32,000 nucleotides of DNA from Zygophlyctis sp. KS116. Lineage: Eukaryota > Fungi > Chytridiomycota. The DNA lies in the NCBI GenBank assembly GCA_054661495.1, contig BAAFSQ010000065.1, positions 1 through 32,000 of the forward strand, given 5' to 3'. Below the pieces are notes generated by a model. The model was not told the DNA's origin and did no database searches. It saw nothing but the letters and a program-made list of their open reading frames with translations. Of the stretch, positions 11,116 through 27,200 are shown piece by piece (position 1 is the stretch's first letter; each line of letters opens with the position of its first letter). Position numbers and translations under genes: made by a program.

Positions 11116-11156
11116 CTCCATTACAACATAAAAACACAAATTTCTATCGATAGTCT

Positions 11157-12586
11157 TCAAATAAAATCCAGGGTAAGAGAAGCACCTTCAACTTTGGCTT
11201 CAGATAATGATAAATTGACTCTTTGCAATAATGGCGATCGAAAATTTAACAACTAGGTATTACAAAAGAAATGAATACCTCAAAAGGTGCCTTTATATCT
11301 GGAACAGCAGCCTTAATATATCCAAATAAAACAGAAACGTTATCAGTTTTTAAGAATTTTCGAACCAATCGTGATCCATCTGGCAGTCCTGCATTATAAG
11401 AATTTTAAAGTATTACTAAATTGAATTCGTGTCAAGTCTCCTACAGTTGGCTCGGGGGTATTAAGAGGTTTGATTGAGGAACATACTAGAAATATTAAAC
11501 ATTTTAGTTACCAGAATGAAGAGGTAGAGAGTCGAGAATTTGAACTGAATCATCTTCCTGATCTTTTCCCATTGAAGCCGCAAGAGCAAGTTTAAGCTGC
11601 TCTGCTTCTGACAATTCAGACACGTATTTCTAAAGTTAGAATGTATATAATACTGTTTTTTCTGGTTTTGTACTTGTCCCATGCGGGTTTTCCAAAAACT
11701 CAATGACTATTTCTTAAGTTTCTTTTGAATACCTTCAGACTGAAACTCTATTGGAGTCAGAGGAATATTCCATTTCAACAATCTCTCTCCTACCCTTTAA
11801 AATATTTAAAACCAACCAGTAATAGGATCAATTATAGCAATATAAGGATAATTTTCAATAGGATAAAAAGCAGAATGCCTCTTCCCTTCTGAAGAATCTG
11901 CTTCTAAAAACAGAAATATAAAAGATTCCTGAATCAAACTTTGAACATCTTTCCGTAACTATAAGTTTTCTACCTTTATCAGCCCACAAATCCCTATTTA
12001 AAGTCAAACAAACAAATTCTCCTGGATCTACAATTGTAATTAACAAGAATTTCTTTGAATTCTTTGCTTCATTTCGCGCCTATAATTTCTTAAAAAATCC
12101 ACTTTACAGAATCTAAATTCCCTTTATAAATCATCTTTACAGGAGGATTAAATAAATTCGAGAGTTTATTTTCTCCTTGATCTTCTAAAGTGTAAGATTA
12201 TAAAATTACCAGTATCAGAGTCAACCATGAAAGCCCGAGACCGACCATGACTAGAACCAATTTCTATATATTTAAAAAGTCTTAATCCTACCATTTAAAT
12301 GATTTCTCATCATAAATTCATCATGATCAAAATGATCCAACAACTGCTCCTGCCTAACAGGAATAGGAGCTCTTTCTTCCAGCGGTTCCTGCCATTCCAT
12401 ATTAGAAATATTCGCAGGCTCAACACTACGAGTCTGTGCTGCAGCAGTAAATAAACCGCCAGATTCCATATATAATGCAATAGCCTGATCTGTATTACCT
12501 TCAGATACTGTTAAATAGTTTATTGCAACATCTGTTGACGTTTCTCCAGTAATTTCCATGAATAGCACAATTGATTCGTCAGTCAT
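11157..12586 (-). CDS. UBX5: UBX-domain Cdc48/p97 adaptor (Ubx5/UBXN7: UBA-like, UAS, UIM, UBX), 388 aa, 11 exons
   Basis: N-terminal UBA-like FMEITG...A..YL, UAS LNRDLW...YPYIAIIDPITGER, UIM LSEAEQLKLALAASM, UBX TRIQFRLPDGSRLVRKF. Introns 12264-12291, 12185-12209, 12080-12107, 11949-11973, 11790-11816, 11707-11732, 11630-11653, 11486-11511, 11389-11416, 11253-11278; spliced length 1167 nt. Confidence 0.9.
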
Positions 12587-12649
12587 TTTGAATCTCCTTG
12601 GCAGTCACCCAACACAACGATTTCAACTTGCCCTCAACTTGGACTTAAA
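12587..12649. promoter_or_regulatory. 63-bp divergent spacer (UBX5 / MDM20)
   Basis: Head-to-head ATGs; contains GTCA and two copies of TCAACTTG. Confidence 0.6.
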
Positions 12650-15542
12650 ATGGATCATCGACTCAAATCAATTTATGGTAATTATTCTATTTCAAAAGTT
12701 AGATGCATTGGATTCTGGAAATTATAAATTAGGATTGAATTTATGCAACAAATGGCTTAAAAAGGCTCCTGATTCTCCGCTTTTGTTGGTTCTTAGAGCT
12801 TATGCTTTGGATAAAATTGGAAATCTCAAGGAATCAATGGAAATTTGTGATTCTCTTTTAGAAGAAAAGATTTTAGATGAAGGCATTACATCTACTCTCT
12901 TGATGATTTTTAGGAATCAAGCTCGGCGTAAGAATTTTTTTATCTAAATTTAGATGAATCTAGTGTTATATTAACTAAATATGTCTATGAAGCTGCTCCT
13001 TGGAATGAAGAATATGGTAGGAATTGGGCATTGGCAACTGTTCGTGCAAGAGATTTTAAGCAAACTCAGGTAATCGCAATGGCTCTTTATAGGAAATTTA
13101 AAAAAGATCAGTATATGTACTGGTATATAATGTCATTGGTATTACAAGTGGAAAATAATGATCCAAATTCTTTAATGCTGCTGACTCTAGGAGAAAAAAT
13201 GATGGATAAAAATATTGAATCTGGGAAATTAAAGACTTTTGAAGGTTTTAATAACTGAAATTAATTATTTAGAATTGGACTTGTTTATTCAAATTTTAGA
13301 AAAGCAAGATAAGTGGGGGAAATTAAAAAATTCTTTAATGTTGAGTCAAGTGCGAGATTTGATAAAGGTTGAAAAGGATTTGAAATCTTTAAATATAAGA
13401 GTAGAAATGCGACTTAAAGATTATAATCAAGCTTTAAGTGATTCTGCCAATCTATTGCAAGAATTTGTGGATGATTGGAAATTTTATGAAACTTTCGTGA
13501 CATGTTTATTTGAAATGTTTACAACCCCGTAAGAAATTATCAACTGAAAAAAAGTGCTGAAATTTTGGATCATGGTCTGAAAGTTATTCGAAGGGCTCAA
13601 ACTATGGAATCTAATTCAAAAAGCGTTGTAAGAGGTCCTTTTCTCGCTGAAATGTATCTTTACCAACAGCTTCTGTTAAAAATGGGTATAAGAATTGATT
13701 AATAATCTTAGAATATCGCCAAAATGAACACTTTTTAGACTTGATTCTTAAATACACGGATCTTTTCGGGGTTTTGCCAATTTACTTCAATGATATTAAA
13801 CCTTTTTTGGCCTATTTAGAAAACTGTTTCACTGATTTGATAGAACAACTGCAAAAAAAGGTTACTACGGTATAAATAGGAAATATAATATTAGGATTTG
13901 TCAATCACTAGCATTAGAAAGCACATCAATATTCAGAAGATAACTTATTACTTTTCTGGATCCAAGAGCTTTGAAGATCAAAAGCACATGATTTCTGGCT
14001 GGATTGAAATGTATAAGAAATCTCTTAGCTTGGGTAGCATAGAATTATTTTAATTTATCTAGGATTGGATCTTGACGAGCGGGAAATGCAATATGGTGAT
14101 GATTACATTTTACTGGCTTTGCTCTTATTATTAAAAGAGTATTCTATGGATCGTGGTAGTTTTCAATTAATTTAATACCATAGGCAAGAAGCATATTTTA
14201 TTTAGCTGTCTTTTAATATTGGAATACGCATTGGAAAAAAGCAAATTCAATTTTTATTTCAAAATAGTCATGGTTCGTATATATTTAGAGCTTAATGCAT
14301 ATTCGAGAGCTGCTGAACTTTATGAAAGCTTAGATATCAAACAAATCCAGCATGAGTCACTATCGTAAGCATTTTCATATCACTAATTTCTCATAGGTAT
14401 TTAATAACCGATTTTTGCCATATGACTGGTTTTTATTCAAAGGCTAGGGATATACTTCTTTCTGCTCAGTCGATTTACAGCAATAATATGCGGGAGGTAA
14501 GTATTGTCTATGTAAACTGTATATAGACGCCAGAAATGATGGTGCAGGCGTTTAAATTTGGAACTTATTCTAAAATTTCTGAATTCCACCAGTTCTTCCT
14601 ACAAATTGATCAATCACTCAACCGTCAAATATTGAGGTCTCAATTGATTATGAATGACCTGATTTATCGGTGTAATTCTTGGAATGATACTTGCCAATTA
14701 CTGGATACTGTAGATGGAGAGTTTATTCAATCAAATGTTACATTGCTAAAAAAGAACAGAGATTTTTCTGTTATCCCTCATTTTGCCCAAGATTCTGATC
14801 CTTCTCTGTTGGAGCTAATCCATGGTGATTCTGATTTAGAATCCGTATATTTTTACAGTAACTAACTTCATAGGCTGGGATTCTTGATTTTACTAAATTA
14901 TATTGTAAAATATTAATGAGTTGGCGATCAAAAGACGAATCAAAAATCAAAGCAGCTTTAAATGATCTGAAGAATTTGGAGCTGTCTCAGATTAAGGCCT
15001 CAGATAAATCAACTATAGAAATCATGATTTTTTTCACTGAAATTTTAATTAGCGTTCATAGCGAAGAAAATATCAAGTTTGATCTCATATTAAATTTTGT
15101 AAACCAAAAGAAGCGTAAGCCTTTATGCATTAAATATTAGATATTTCCATCATTCGCAATATCTTTGATTCTAGGGATATTTATTCAAAGTTACAGGTAT
15201 TTATTTTCTTTTTGATAGCCAGAGTTTACAGACCATTTCGACAGCAATCCAGGTACTCTCAGATGATTCACAAAAAAATCTCAAGGGACAATACGCAGAA
15301 CTCAATAAATCTGTACGACAATTTCAAAGAAGCATGCTAGAAAACATCACTCAGAAAATGGAAATCTTGAAAAACTCATCTTTAACGGCTGACACAGTTT
15401 TGTTTAGCGACTTATTTGATACACTTATTGTTGGAAATGATCGAATTAAAGAGCGTATCTTGATAAACTTTGAAAACAGTTGGTTTAAATCACTTTCAGA
15501 AATTCAATCAAGTTTACACTCCAAAATCAATAAACTGGCTAG

Positions 15543-15546
<4 letters not shown>
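12650..15546 (+). CDS. MDM20: NatB N-terminal acetyltransferase auxiliary subunit (Mdm20/NAA25), 846 aa, 14 exons
   Basis: MDHRLKSIY|DALDSGNYK, DDWKFY, RGPFLAE, EMQYGDD, LDIKQIQHESLSY, AFKFGTYSKISEF. 13 introns of 25-32 nt (first 12678-12702, last 15197-15222); spliced length 2541 nt. Confidence 0.92.
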
Positions 15547-17444
<1,898 letters not shown>

Positions 17445-17504
17445 TTAAGCTTTTGAAAAATTTAAAAAGTGTCAGGTCAAGGTTGCAACTTGAAAAACTT
17501 GAAA
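17445..17504. promoter_or_regulatory. 60-bp divergent spacer (PGM / NOB1)
   Basis: Head-to-head ATGs; contains GTCAGGTCAA and CAACTTG. Confidence 0.6.
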
Positions 17505-18493
17505 ATGATTATAATTCTAGACTCTGGGCCAATCATCAAGGGAAATCTACAATTTGACATTCAAAATGATTCATTATTTACAGTTCCACAGGTTCTTTCT
17601 GAAATCAGAGATGAAAAATCAAAGGAAAACTTGGAAAACTTGAAAAACTGGAATTTAGTAGTTAAAAATCCAAACTCTGAATGCATTCAGGAAATTATTA
17701 ATTTTGCTAAAAAAACTGGAGATTTGGCATCTCTCTCAAAAACTGATATAAGAGTCCTAGCACTCGCCCTTGAAAAAGAAAAGGGCCTTGGTTCTAATGT
17801 TGTAAAAACAGAGTTTACCACTAGGATTTCAAATGGAGAGAAAAAAGAAAAAGTTGCTGATGGGGAATGGATTACACCTGAAAATATTGGGTCTGTGATT
17901 GAACCTATGGAATCGGAGCAAGTTGAGGTCGCTTGTTGTACGACAGATTTTGCAATGCAAGTAAGGATATAAAATATCTTATGAATTAGAATATTCTTCT
18001 TCAAATGAAGTTAAATTTAGTTACAGTTGATAAAGTTCGTATTTCAAAAATTAAAAATTGGGTTCTAAGGTGTCATGCTTGCTATAAAATTACAAAAGAT
18101 ATGGACAAGGTGTTTTGTCCTTCCTGTGGAAATAATACACTTTTAAGGACTAGTTATTCGATTGGGAAAGATGGAGATTTGATTCTTTATTTAAAGAAAA
18201 ACTTTCAATATAATAATAGGGGATGCAAGGTACTCTTAATCCTTTATATAACATTTCAGTACGCTATTCCTTTGCCCAAAAGTGGTAGAAATTCCACAGA
18301 TATGATACTAAGGGAAGATCAAAAAGAATATCATAAAGCATTAAAAAATTATCAAAGACAAAACAAAATAACGGATCCTTTTGATTTAGATTTTATGCCA
18401 TTAGACAATATTTCAAAGCAACATCTTGGGAAGCCTCGAATTGGGCATGGGAGGAGAAATGTTAACGAAGTGCATGGAAAACGAAGAAAATAA
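17505..18493 (+). CDS. NOB1: 20S pre-rRNA D-site endonuclease Nob1 (PIN domain + Zn ribbon), ~309 aa
   Basis: ILDS, EIRD, FAKKTGDLASLSKTD, WITPEN, TTDFAMQ|NILLQM, LRCHAC...FCPSCGN. Introns 17961-17989 and 18230-18259 (the second is in-frame and stopless). Confidence 0.95.
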
Positions 18494-18496
18494 ACT

Positions 18497-20802
<2,306 letters not shown>

Positions 20803-20945
20803 GTCTGAATTTTAACAAAGTACTTCTGAATTTGTAGAGCCAGAATTTTCTCTTTTGACTCTTTAGACTCTCATTGCTCTACAGACTCTCACAATAGTCA
20901 AAAACTCTAAAAACAACTCTAAAAACAACTCAATAGCTTAAGGAA
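20803..20945. promoter_or_regulatory. 143-bp divergent spacer (GFA1 / PRP28) with ACTCT-rich short repeats
   Basis: GACTCT three times (20857, 20866, 20884) and a 12-bp unit AACTCTAAAAAC in ~2.4 copies (20903-20931). Confidence 0.6.
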
Positions 20946-22827
20946 ATGGATAAAATAAAGTTTCTGTCAAGAGAAGAAAGAGCCAAACTGGTTTTTGAAA
21001 AGACACAGCTACAAAAGGAAAAGTGTGTTCCTCAAAAGAGGTCGTTTAGCAGTGACTGGAAGGAAGAGGAGTTGCAAGGACTGCAAAAGAGATACATGGG
21101 AATACAAGACAAGAAACCAAAAAAGATTAAAAAGGCTTCTGATAAAAAGTTTGTGTTTGATTGGGATAAAGAGGAAGATACTTCTCAGAATACAGAGTCT
21201 TTTGGAGAATACAAGTCTTCTATACTAGGAAGAAGTTGGATTGGAGGTCTAGATCCAAGTTCTCAAGCTAAAGAAAGATCTGAAATTTATCAAAAGGCTC
21301 TTAAAGATCGAAAAGATTCTTGTTTTTCTCTCTTTGTAAAGGCAAAGGAAGATGAGAGACATTGGTCGAAAAAGAGTTTAGAGGAAATGACTCTTAGGGA
21401 TTGGAGAATTTTAAGAGAAGATTATGAAATTGCAATCAAGGGAAAAGATTTACCAAATCCTCTTAGATCTTGGGAAGAATCTAGAATTCCTGAAAAGATT
21501 TTAAAAGTTATTAGAAATGTTGGGTATAAGGAACCTACTCCAATTCAAAGAGCTGCTATTCCTATAGGTATTTTATATTTTTGGATTTAAAAAATATAGG
21601 ATTGGAAAATAGGGATTTAATAGGGATTGCAGAAACAGGTTCAGGGAAAACTGCGTCTTTTGTGATTCCAATGTTGACTTTTATTTCTAATTTACCGCCA
21701 ATAAATGATTCAAATTATCATTTAGGGCCTTATGGACTGATTTTGGCTCCAACAAGAGAATTAGTACAACAAATTGAATTAGAGACTAATAAGTTTGCTA
21801 AAGGATTGAATTTTATTGCAGTCTCTTTGGTTGGTGGTCATAGTATTGGAGAACAGGCTTTTAATTTAAGAGATGGAGCACATATAGTAATGTAAGTTTT
21901 TAACTCTCTTATTCTAGTGCAACACCGTAATTTTAGGTTTTGACTCATTTAATAGGGGTAGATTGGTTGATATGTTGGATAGAAGAGTACTTGTACTTAA
22001 TCAATGTACAACTCTTGTACTAGATGAGGCAGATAGAATGATTGATTTGGGATTTGAAGAAGATATGAATTTCATACTAGAGCAACTAGCGTCTTCTCCA
22101 CTACAGAATTTATCTAATTCTCGTCAAATGGTAATGTTTTCAGCTACAATGCCTCCGCCTGTTGAAAGACTAGCTAGAAAGTTTTTAGATAAACCTGCTA
22201 TAATTAATGTAGGAACAGTTGGAAAAGCCGTTGATACTATTCATCAAATTGTAGAAATGATGGCTGATGGTAAATTTTAAAAAATATTTAATCCAATTAG
22301 ACAACTTTAAAAGATCTAGACTGTCAAAGATTCTATCTTCTGGAGAGTATGATTCTCCAATTATTATATTTGTAAATCGAAAAGCAAATTGTGATATAAT
22401 CTCAAAAGTTGTAGAAAAACTAGGATATCGTGCGGCTACATTACATGGAGGGAAATCACAAGATCAAAGAGAGTCTGCTCTTCTTTCTGTCAGATCTGGA
22501 AAAAAAGATATTCTAGTTGCAACTGATGTCGCTGGACGTGGTATTGATATAAAAAACGTCTCTCTAGTTTTAAATTACGATATGGCTAAAAACATTCAAG
22601 ACTATACCCATAGAATCGGTAGAACTGGACGTGCTGGAAAAAAAGGAACTGCAATTACATTTCTTACAATGGAAGATTCTGAAACTTTTTATGATTTAAA
22701 ACAAGCTCTTTTAAAGTCGCCAAATTCTGTAATTCCACCTGAATTATCAAGACACGAGGTAATAATTTCCCCCAACTTAAAATAGGCTGCTCAAACAAGA
22801 TCTGGAACTGGAAAGGCTATTATTTGA
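20946..22827 (+). CDS. PRP28: Pre-mRNA splicing DEAD-box helicase Prp28/DDX23, 578 aa, 6 exons including a 9-nt microexon
   Basis: KFVFDW...[49 protein letters not shown]. Introns 21568-21599, 21892-21917, 21927-21955, 22270-22300, 22759-22785; spliced length 1737 nt. Confidence 0.96.
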
Positions 22828-23120
22828 AAAGCCTTGATCTACTACCAAATTTATTGGAATCAAATGATGGCTGATAATCCAATTCTAAATATGAAGACTT
22901 GGTCCTATATTTTAGAAATAATAATTTACAAATATTCAGATTTGAGTGAAATTAACTTGAAATTTTTAATCAATGGAAGCCCAATTACAGAGATTACTAG
23001 TCCCCAGTAAGTTGCAAGATCAGATTTTAAAAATCCCGAAGCTCCAATCAAGACCAACCCAAACATTAACAATCCAATTCCAATAGCTTTTTGCATCCAA
23101 AGAGGAAATTCATTTTGCAT
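22820..23120 (-). CDS. Hypothetical small membrane protein, 91 aa, two predicted transmembrane helices
   Basis: ATG at 23120, two hydrophobic stretches, and a typical 25-nt GT-AG intron (22905-22929). The spliced stop falls within 8 bp of the PRP28 stop, as in other convergent pairs. Confidence 0.6.
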
Positions 23121-23153
23121 TTCTACAGTCAAAGGCTAGGTTGAACCATACAA

Positions 23154-23836
23154 ATGATAAGATTTCTTACTGTAAATTTGCTAATCTTTGGTTTATCTAG
23201 CGCTCAATCATTTGTTCAAGATATTGATCAGGGAGTTGATGCATCAATAGAAATTGTTGGCCCTCAACTAAATTCTGCAATCAGATCAGCAGCTAAAGAC
23301 ACATGTTTATCTGATTGTAAAAATGTTTCAAACATTATTTCAGAGTCTTTTGAGATCTATAGTCTAGAATCATACCGCTCACTCTTAAAACATGAATTGT
23401 TTTCATGCATCCATTCTGCTCCTGTAATGAAAATTAATGAATCTAGAAAAGACTACGAGTCTCGAATTTTGAATTATTCAATTAAACAAGCACAAAATAT
23501 TCAAAAGTCATTGATTGATCATACTGGTCAAACATGGAATGCCTGGCGGGAAAGTGATTTTGGGTATTTTTCTAAAATTGTAATTGTAGGGATTTGATAC
23601 AATTCAAGAGGAAAATGATGTCGCCGACAATCTTGAACAAATTATCAGTAAACTTGATTGCTCTTTCTTTAGCTTATCCTGCATACAGATTGTTAAATAT
23701 TGTAAACAGAAACTTGTTTATGATAAGCTATGCACTTGGTATTCTTATACTGAATAAGATTTTATTTGGGATTTGGATTCGTCCGAGACGGCTAAAGACA
23801 AAGAAACGCAGAATTCGTAAAAGGCCTGTTGCCTAG
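23154..23836 (+). CDS. Hypothetical protein with N-terminal signal peptide, ~218 aa
   Basis: Signal-like MIRFLTVNLLIFGLSSA/QS. A 26-nt intron (23564-23589) joins the two ORFs and the stop is 3 bp from the BET1 stop. The exon 2 frame is ambiguous (see findings). Confidence 0.6.
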
Positions 23837-23839
23837 AGC

Positions 23840-24195
23840 CTAAAATATTTTGAATAATATTGAAATAATCACAAAAGAGATTACTAGTCCTGCAATAATT
23901 CTCCACATATTTGATCCTTGCATTACTTGGAATCTTAAATTAGATAATGTCCTCTTTATAGAAACTTCAAAAGCGTCAAAACTCTCTTGTAGACCATGCA
24001 ATTGTTCATTTTGAGATTCCAAATCTTCATGAATGGAAAGTGTTACCTAGATTTATTCTTTAAAGAAATACTTGTTTAATCTTTGAGACTCGAGTAAATA
24101 AAGCGTCTACTTGTGAATCATTCTGACTCTCTAAAAGTCTCTCATTGGGGCCTCTTTAGTCAGTAAATTGTTAATTACGATGACGACGGATTCAT
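23840..24195 (-). CDS. BET1: Bet1/Sft1-like Qc-SNARE, 101 aa
   Basis: LESQNDSQVDALFTRVSKIKQ|VTLSIHEDLESQN SNARE motif and a C-terminal transmembrane anchor. Introns 24154-24178 and 24047-24071. Bet1 versus Sft1 is not resolved. Confidence 0.82.
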
Positions 24196-24257
24196 GACCT
24201 GTTAAACCTAAACTAAAGCTTTAAAGTCTGCAAGACAACATGTTCCACTGTAAAAAT

Positions 24258-27200
24258 CTAATCAACATCTTTAAAATCTCCAAAAAGAATTTCCTCGAGC
24301 GTAGATGGAGGACAATCGTTTAAATCCAACAGTGAAAAATAATTATGTGCACTCAAGTGTGTGAAGAAATGGCACAATTCACTTCTTTCAGTAATGGTTC
24401 GTAATGCAAGAAGAGGTCGTGAGTGGCCTAAATATCCGCGATTTCGAAGATTAGTAGAAGCATCTGGATTGTATTCCTGGCATTCAGATGAAAGACGATC
24501 AATTAGCGCAATTTGTCTGCTTTCTGAATCGTTTATATCAAAACTTTCAGTGATAAAGATCCAGCGATGTAATTCAAGCTCTTCTCTTTTAAGTAAGAGT
24601 GCGGTCTCCAGGAATTTACAAGCTTCTAATAAAGATTTTAGATACTCTTTCTCTTCTCGGAGAGAGTTTGCAAAACAACTAATCTATTTTTTTAGAGAAA
24701 AAAATTACCATTGCACTAAGAATTAATGCCCAAAAATGAATGGTATATTTTGGTGTTATTTTAAGTAGTAAAACACGCAAAAATCTAAAAGATTCTGCGT
24801 TAAGATCATCTGAAAATGATTTAAATGATTCTACTAAAGCTTTTTGAAGATCTGGTAAATGATATCTAAATGTGTCGAGAGGACAAACAAGCATCGTGAA
24901 AGATATTCTTTGCCAAAAAGTAATTTTTTCAGATTCTTGGTCTCTAAATAAAAATGACGAAGTTTGAGAGCTAGTGAGTCCTTCTGTAAATGTTTTAAAG
25001 GTGTCCAATGTGATGATTAAAGGCAAAATATTTCGCCATTTTTCAAGACAACAGTTTCTCATCCTAAAAAAATTCTTGTCCATAAAGAAGGCTATAACAT
25101 CCTTTTTCCAAATGCTTATGTGAGAGGAAAATAAAAGATTCATTTGTATAAGAAGGTTGAAAGTGGCTTCAAGATATTCATGCCAATATAAATGTTTTAA
25201 TGCTTTGCAAAAAATGCTTGAATTGAGTTTTGATAAGATTTGGGTAATCATTTCATCTGGCGGTGAAAGTTTCTTTAAGCATGGCAGTACGGAATTACTG
25301 AGCACATCTATTGACTAGAATGAGAAGTTTAAAAATTACCGATATAATTGTGTTTTTATTTTCTACAGTGATTTCTTCGGATGGTTCTTTGAGTTTCGCA
25401 TCTTGATTAATTTTTTCAATTTTCAAATCTAGCAACTTTAAAAAAATTTCCAAAAACTCTTTTTTTTCAGTTGTTCCCTCCAAAAAGGAAGCATCTATAC
25501 AATTACTGAGGCTAAGAAGCAGTCTTTCGGGATGAAAATTACAAAATATTTACCGAAATGAAAAATGTCCAATCTCGTCCGTCATCACTCCTAATCCATT
25601 GAAACTAGCAATGAAAAAATGCAAACTCTTCCACATTTTGATTGCCCGTGAGGAGTCAAAGCAGTTGAGTATGATTCCATCCAGCAATATAAAATCCTTC
25701 TTCAATTTATCACTAATCGGATTAAATAAATATAGAACCTACTTTTTTTCTCCGCTTACAGCTATATCCGTAATTTTCTTCATAATATCTGTTAAAAGTA
25801 ACTCTATATTTCCAACTGATAGAATTGAATATAGAAGTTTACAAAAATTATGCTCATCCTAACTTTAAAAAACCTCATTATTACCTCTATTATATCCATA
25901 AATATCGTGTTTTCAAAACATAGGTCCCATGCGGTCATAATTGAATCACAAGCATAATCCGATTCTAATTTGAAAATTGATTCAAAGAATTTTATAATTC
26001 GGTACCTTAGAGTCGACATATAATTCTTGATCTTAATGTCTTGAATATCAACTGTAGAACAATAGTAGAACAAAAAACTTAACTCACAGACAATCATAGG
26101 CACGATATACTGCATGGATGTGTTATTTTCTTCGGTTTGAAAGTTTGACGGAATAGACTCTGTCCAAGAAAACATGTCGCTCACCAAACCCCCACTAGGG
26201 TCAGCTACATATCCAACATTCACCGTCCTATCATCCGTTTGCACTCTTCCTTTTGATGATTTCTGCTTAGTTATATAATAAGCTAGAATTCTCTCGGCCA
26301 CAAATACCAAGATCGGTAAATCAGGTGGAGGATTTTCTGGTATGTTTTCTTTCCGAAATAGAGGAGATCGAGAAAGATGTAATTGCGTACATATACATGA
26401 TAATAATTTAGTTATGGCATATTCATAGTCTGGATGTAGTGGAAGTACTGTCAAAACATATTCAACCCAAAACTGTCGAAAACTGAAGTTTTCCATTCGT
26501 GATTGAGTTGTGATCATAATGGATAAATTCAGCTCCATTACTAAATGATGAACTTTAATTATTTACCTCTTTCAAGTGATTCGTTGACTAAAGAATTTTC
26601 GAGTCGTTGACTTATATCAACTCTTCTTCGATCAAAAATCTTCGTCAATAGATGGCCGATTGACAGCTGTAAAAAACTCTGATTAGACAAAACCTCTTTG
26701 CAAAGAGACTTGGAGGCTGAGAAAATAGTGAAATCAATCAATTCAGATGAAATACTGAGCCTTTCGGTCGTGAATATTGAAGATAGAAGATTGCAAGCAT
26801 TTTCTTTTACCAAAACCACTTGGCTGCACTTTTGATTATCATCTTTGAACATTTCGGATTCAATATACCTGTATAATTATCTGTTTAAAATAACATACAA
26901 TGAAGAAATAAAAATAATGTGATCCAGAATAGTATGAAGATTTTTAGAGATTGAAGGATGGGTGATTGAATTGATTATGTATGACTCTGTGTTAACTTTG
27001 GAAGAAAATGCCCTCAGCACGTTCTTCGGACTGAATTTAATGAGATTATGAATCGAATGAATACAATAATTGACTCTTGAAAAATCTAAAGGCGAGGAAA
27101 AGTGACCAATGATTTCAATTGAGTTGTCTAGCGTAATTTCCTTAAATTCCAAGGAAACGTTGAATAACACGTTCAGAAACGGTGTGACGATTGCGCAATA

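Noticed and set aside
17487-17650. AACTTGAAAAACT repeated in the NOB1 promoter and coding region
   Set aside because: Low-complexity A-rich match, and the coding copy is explained by ENL-ENL-KNW codons.
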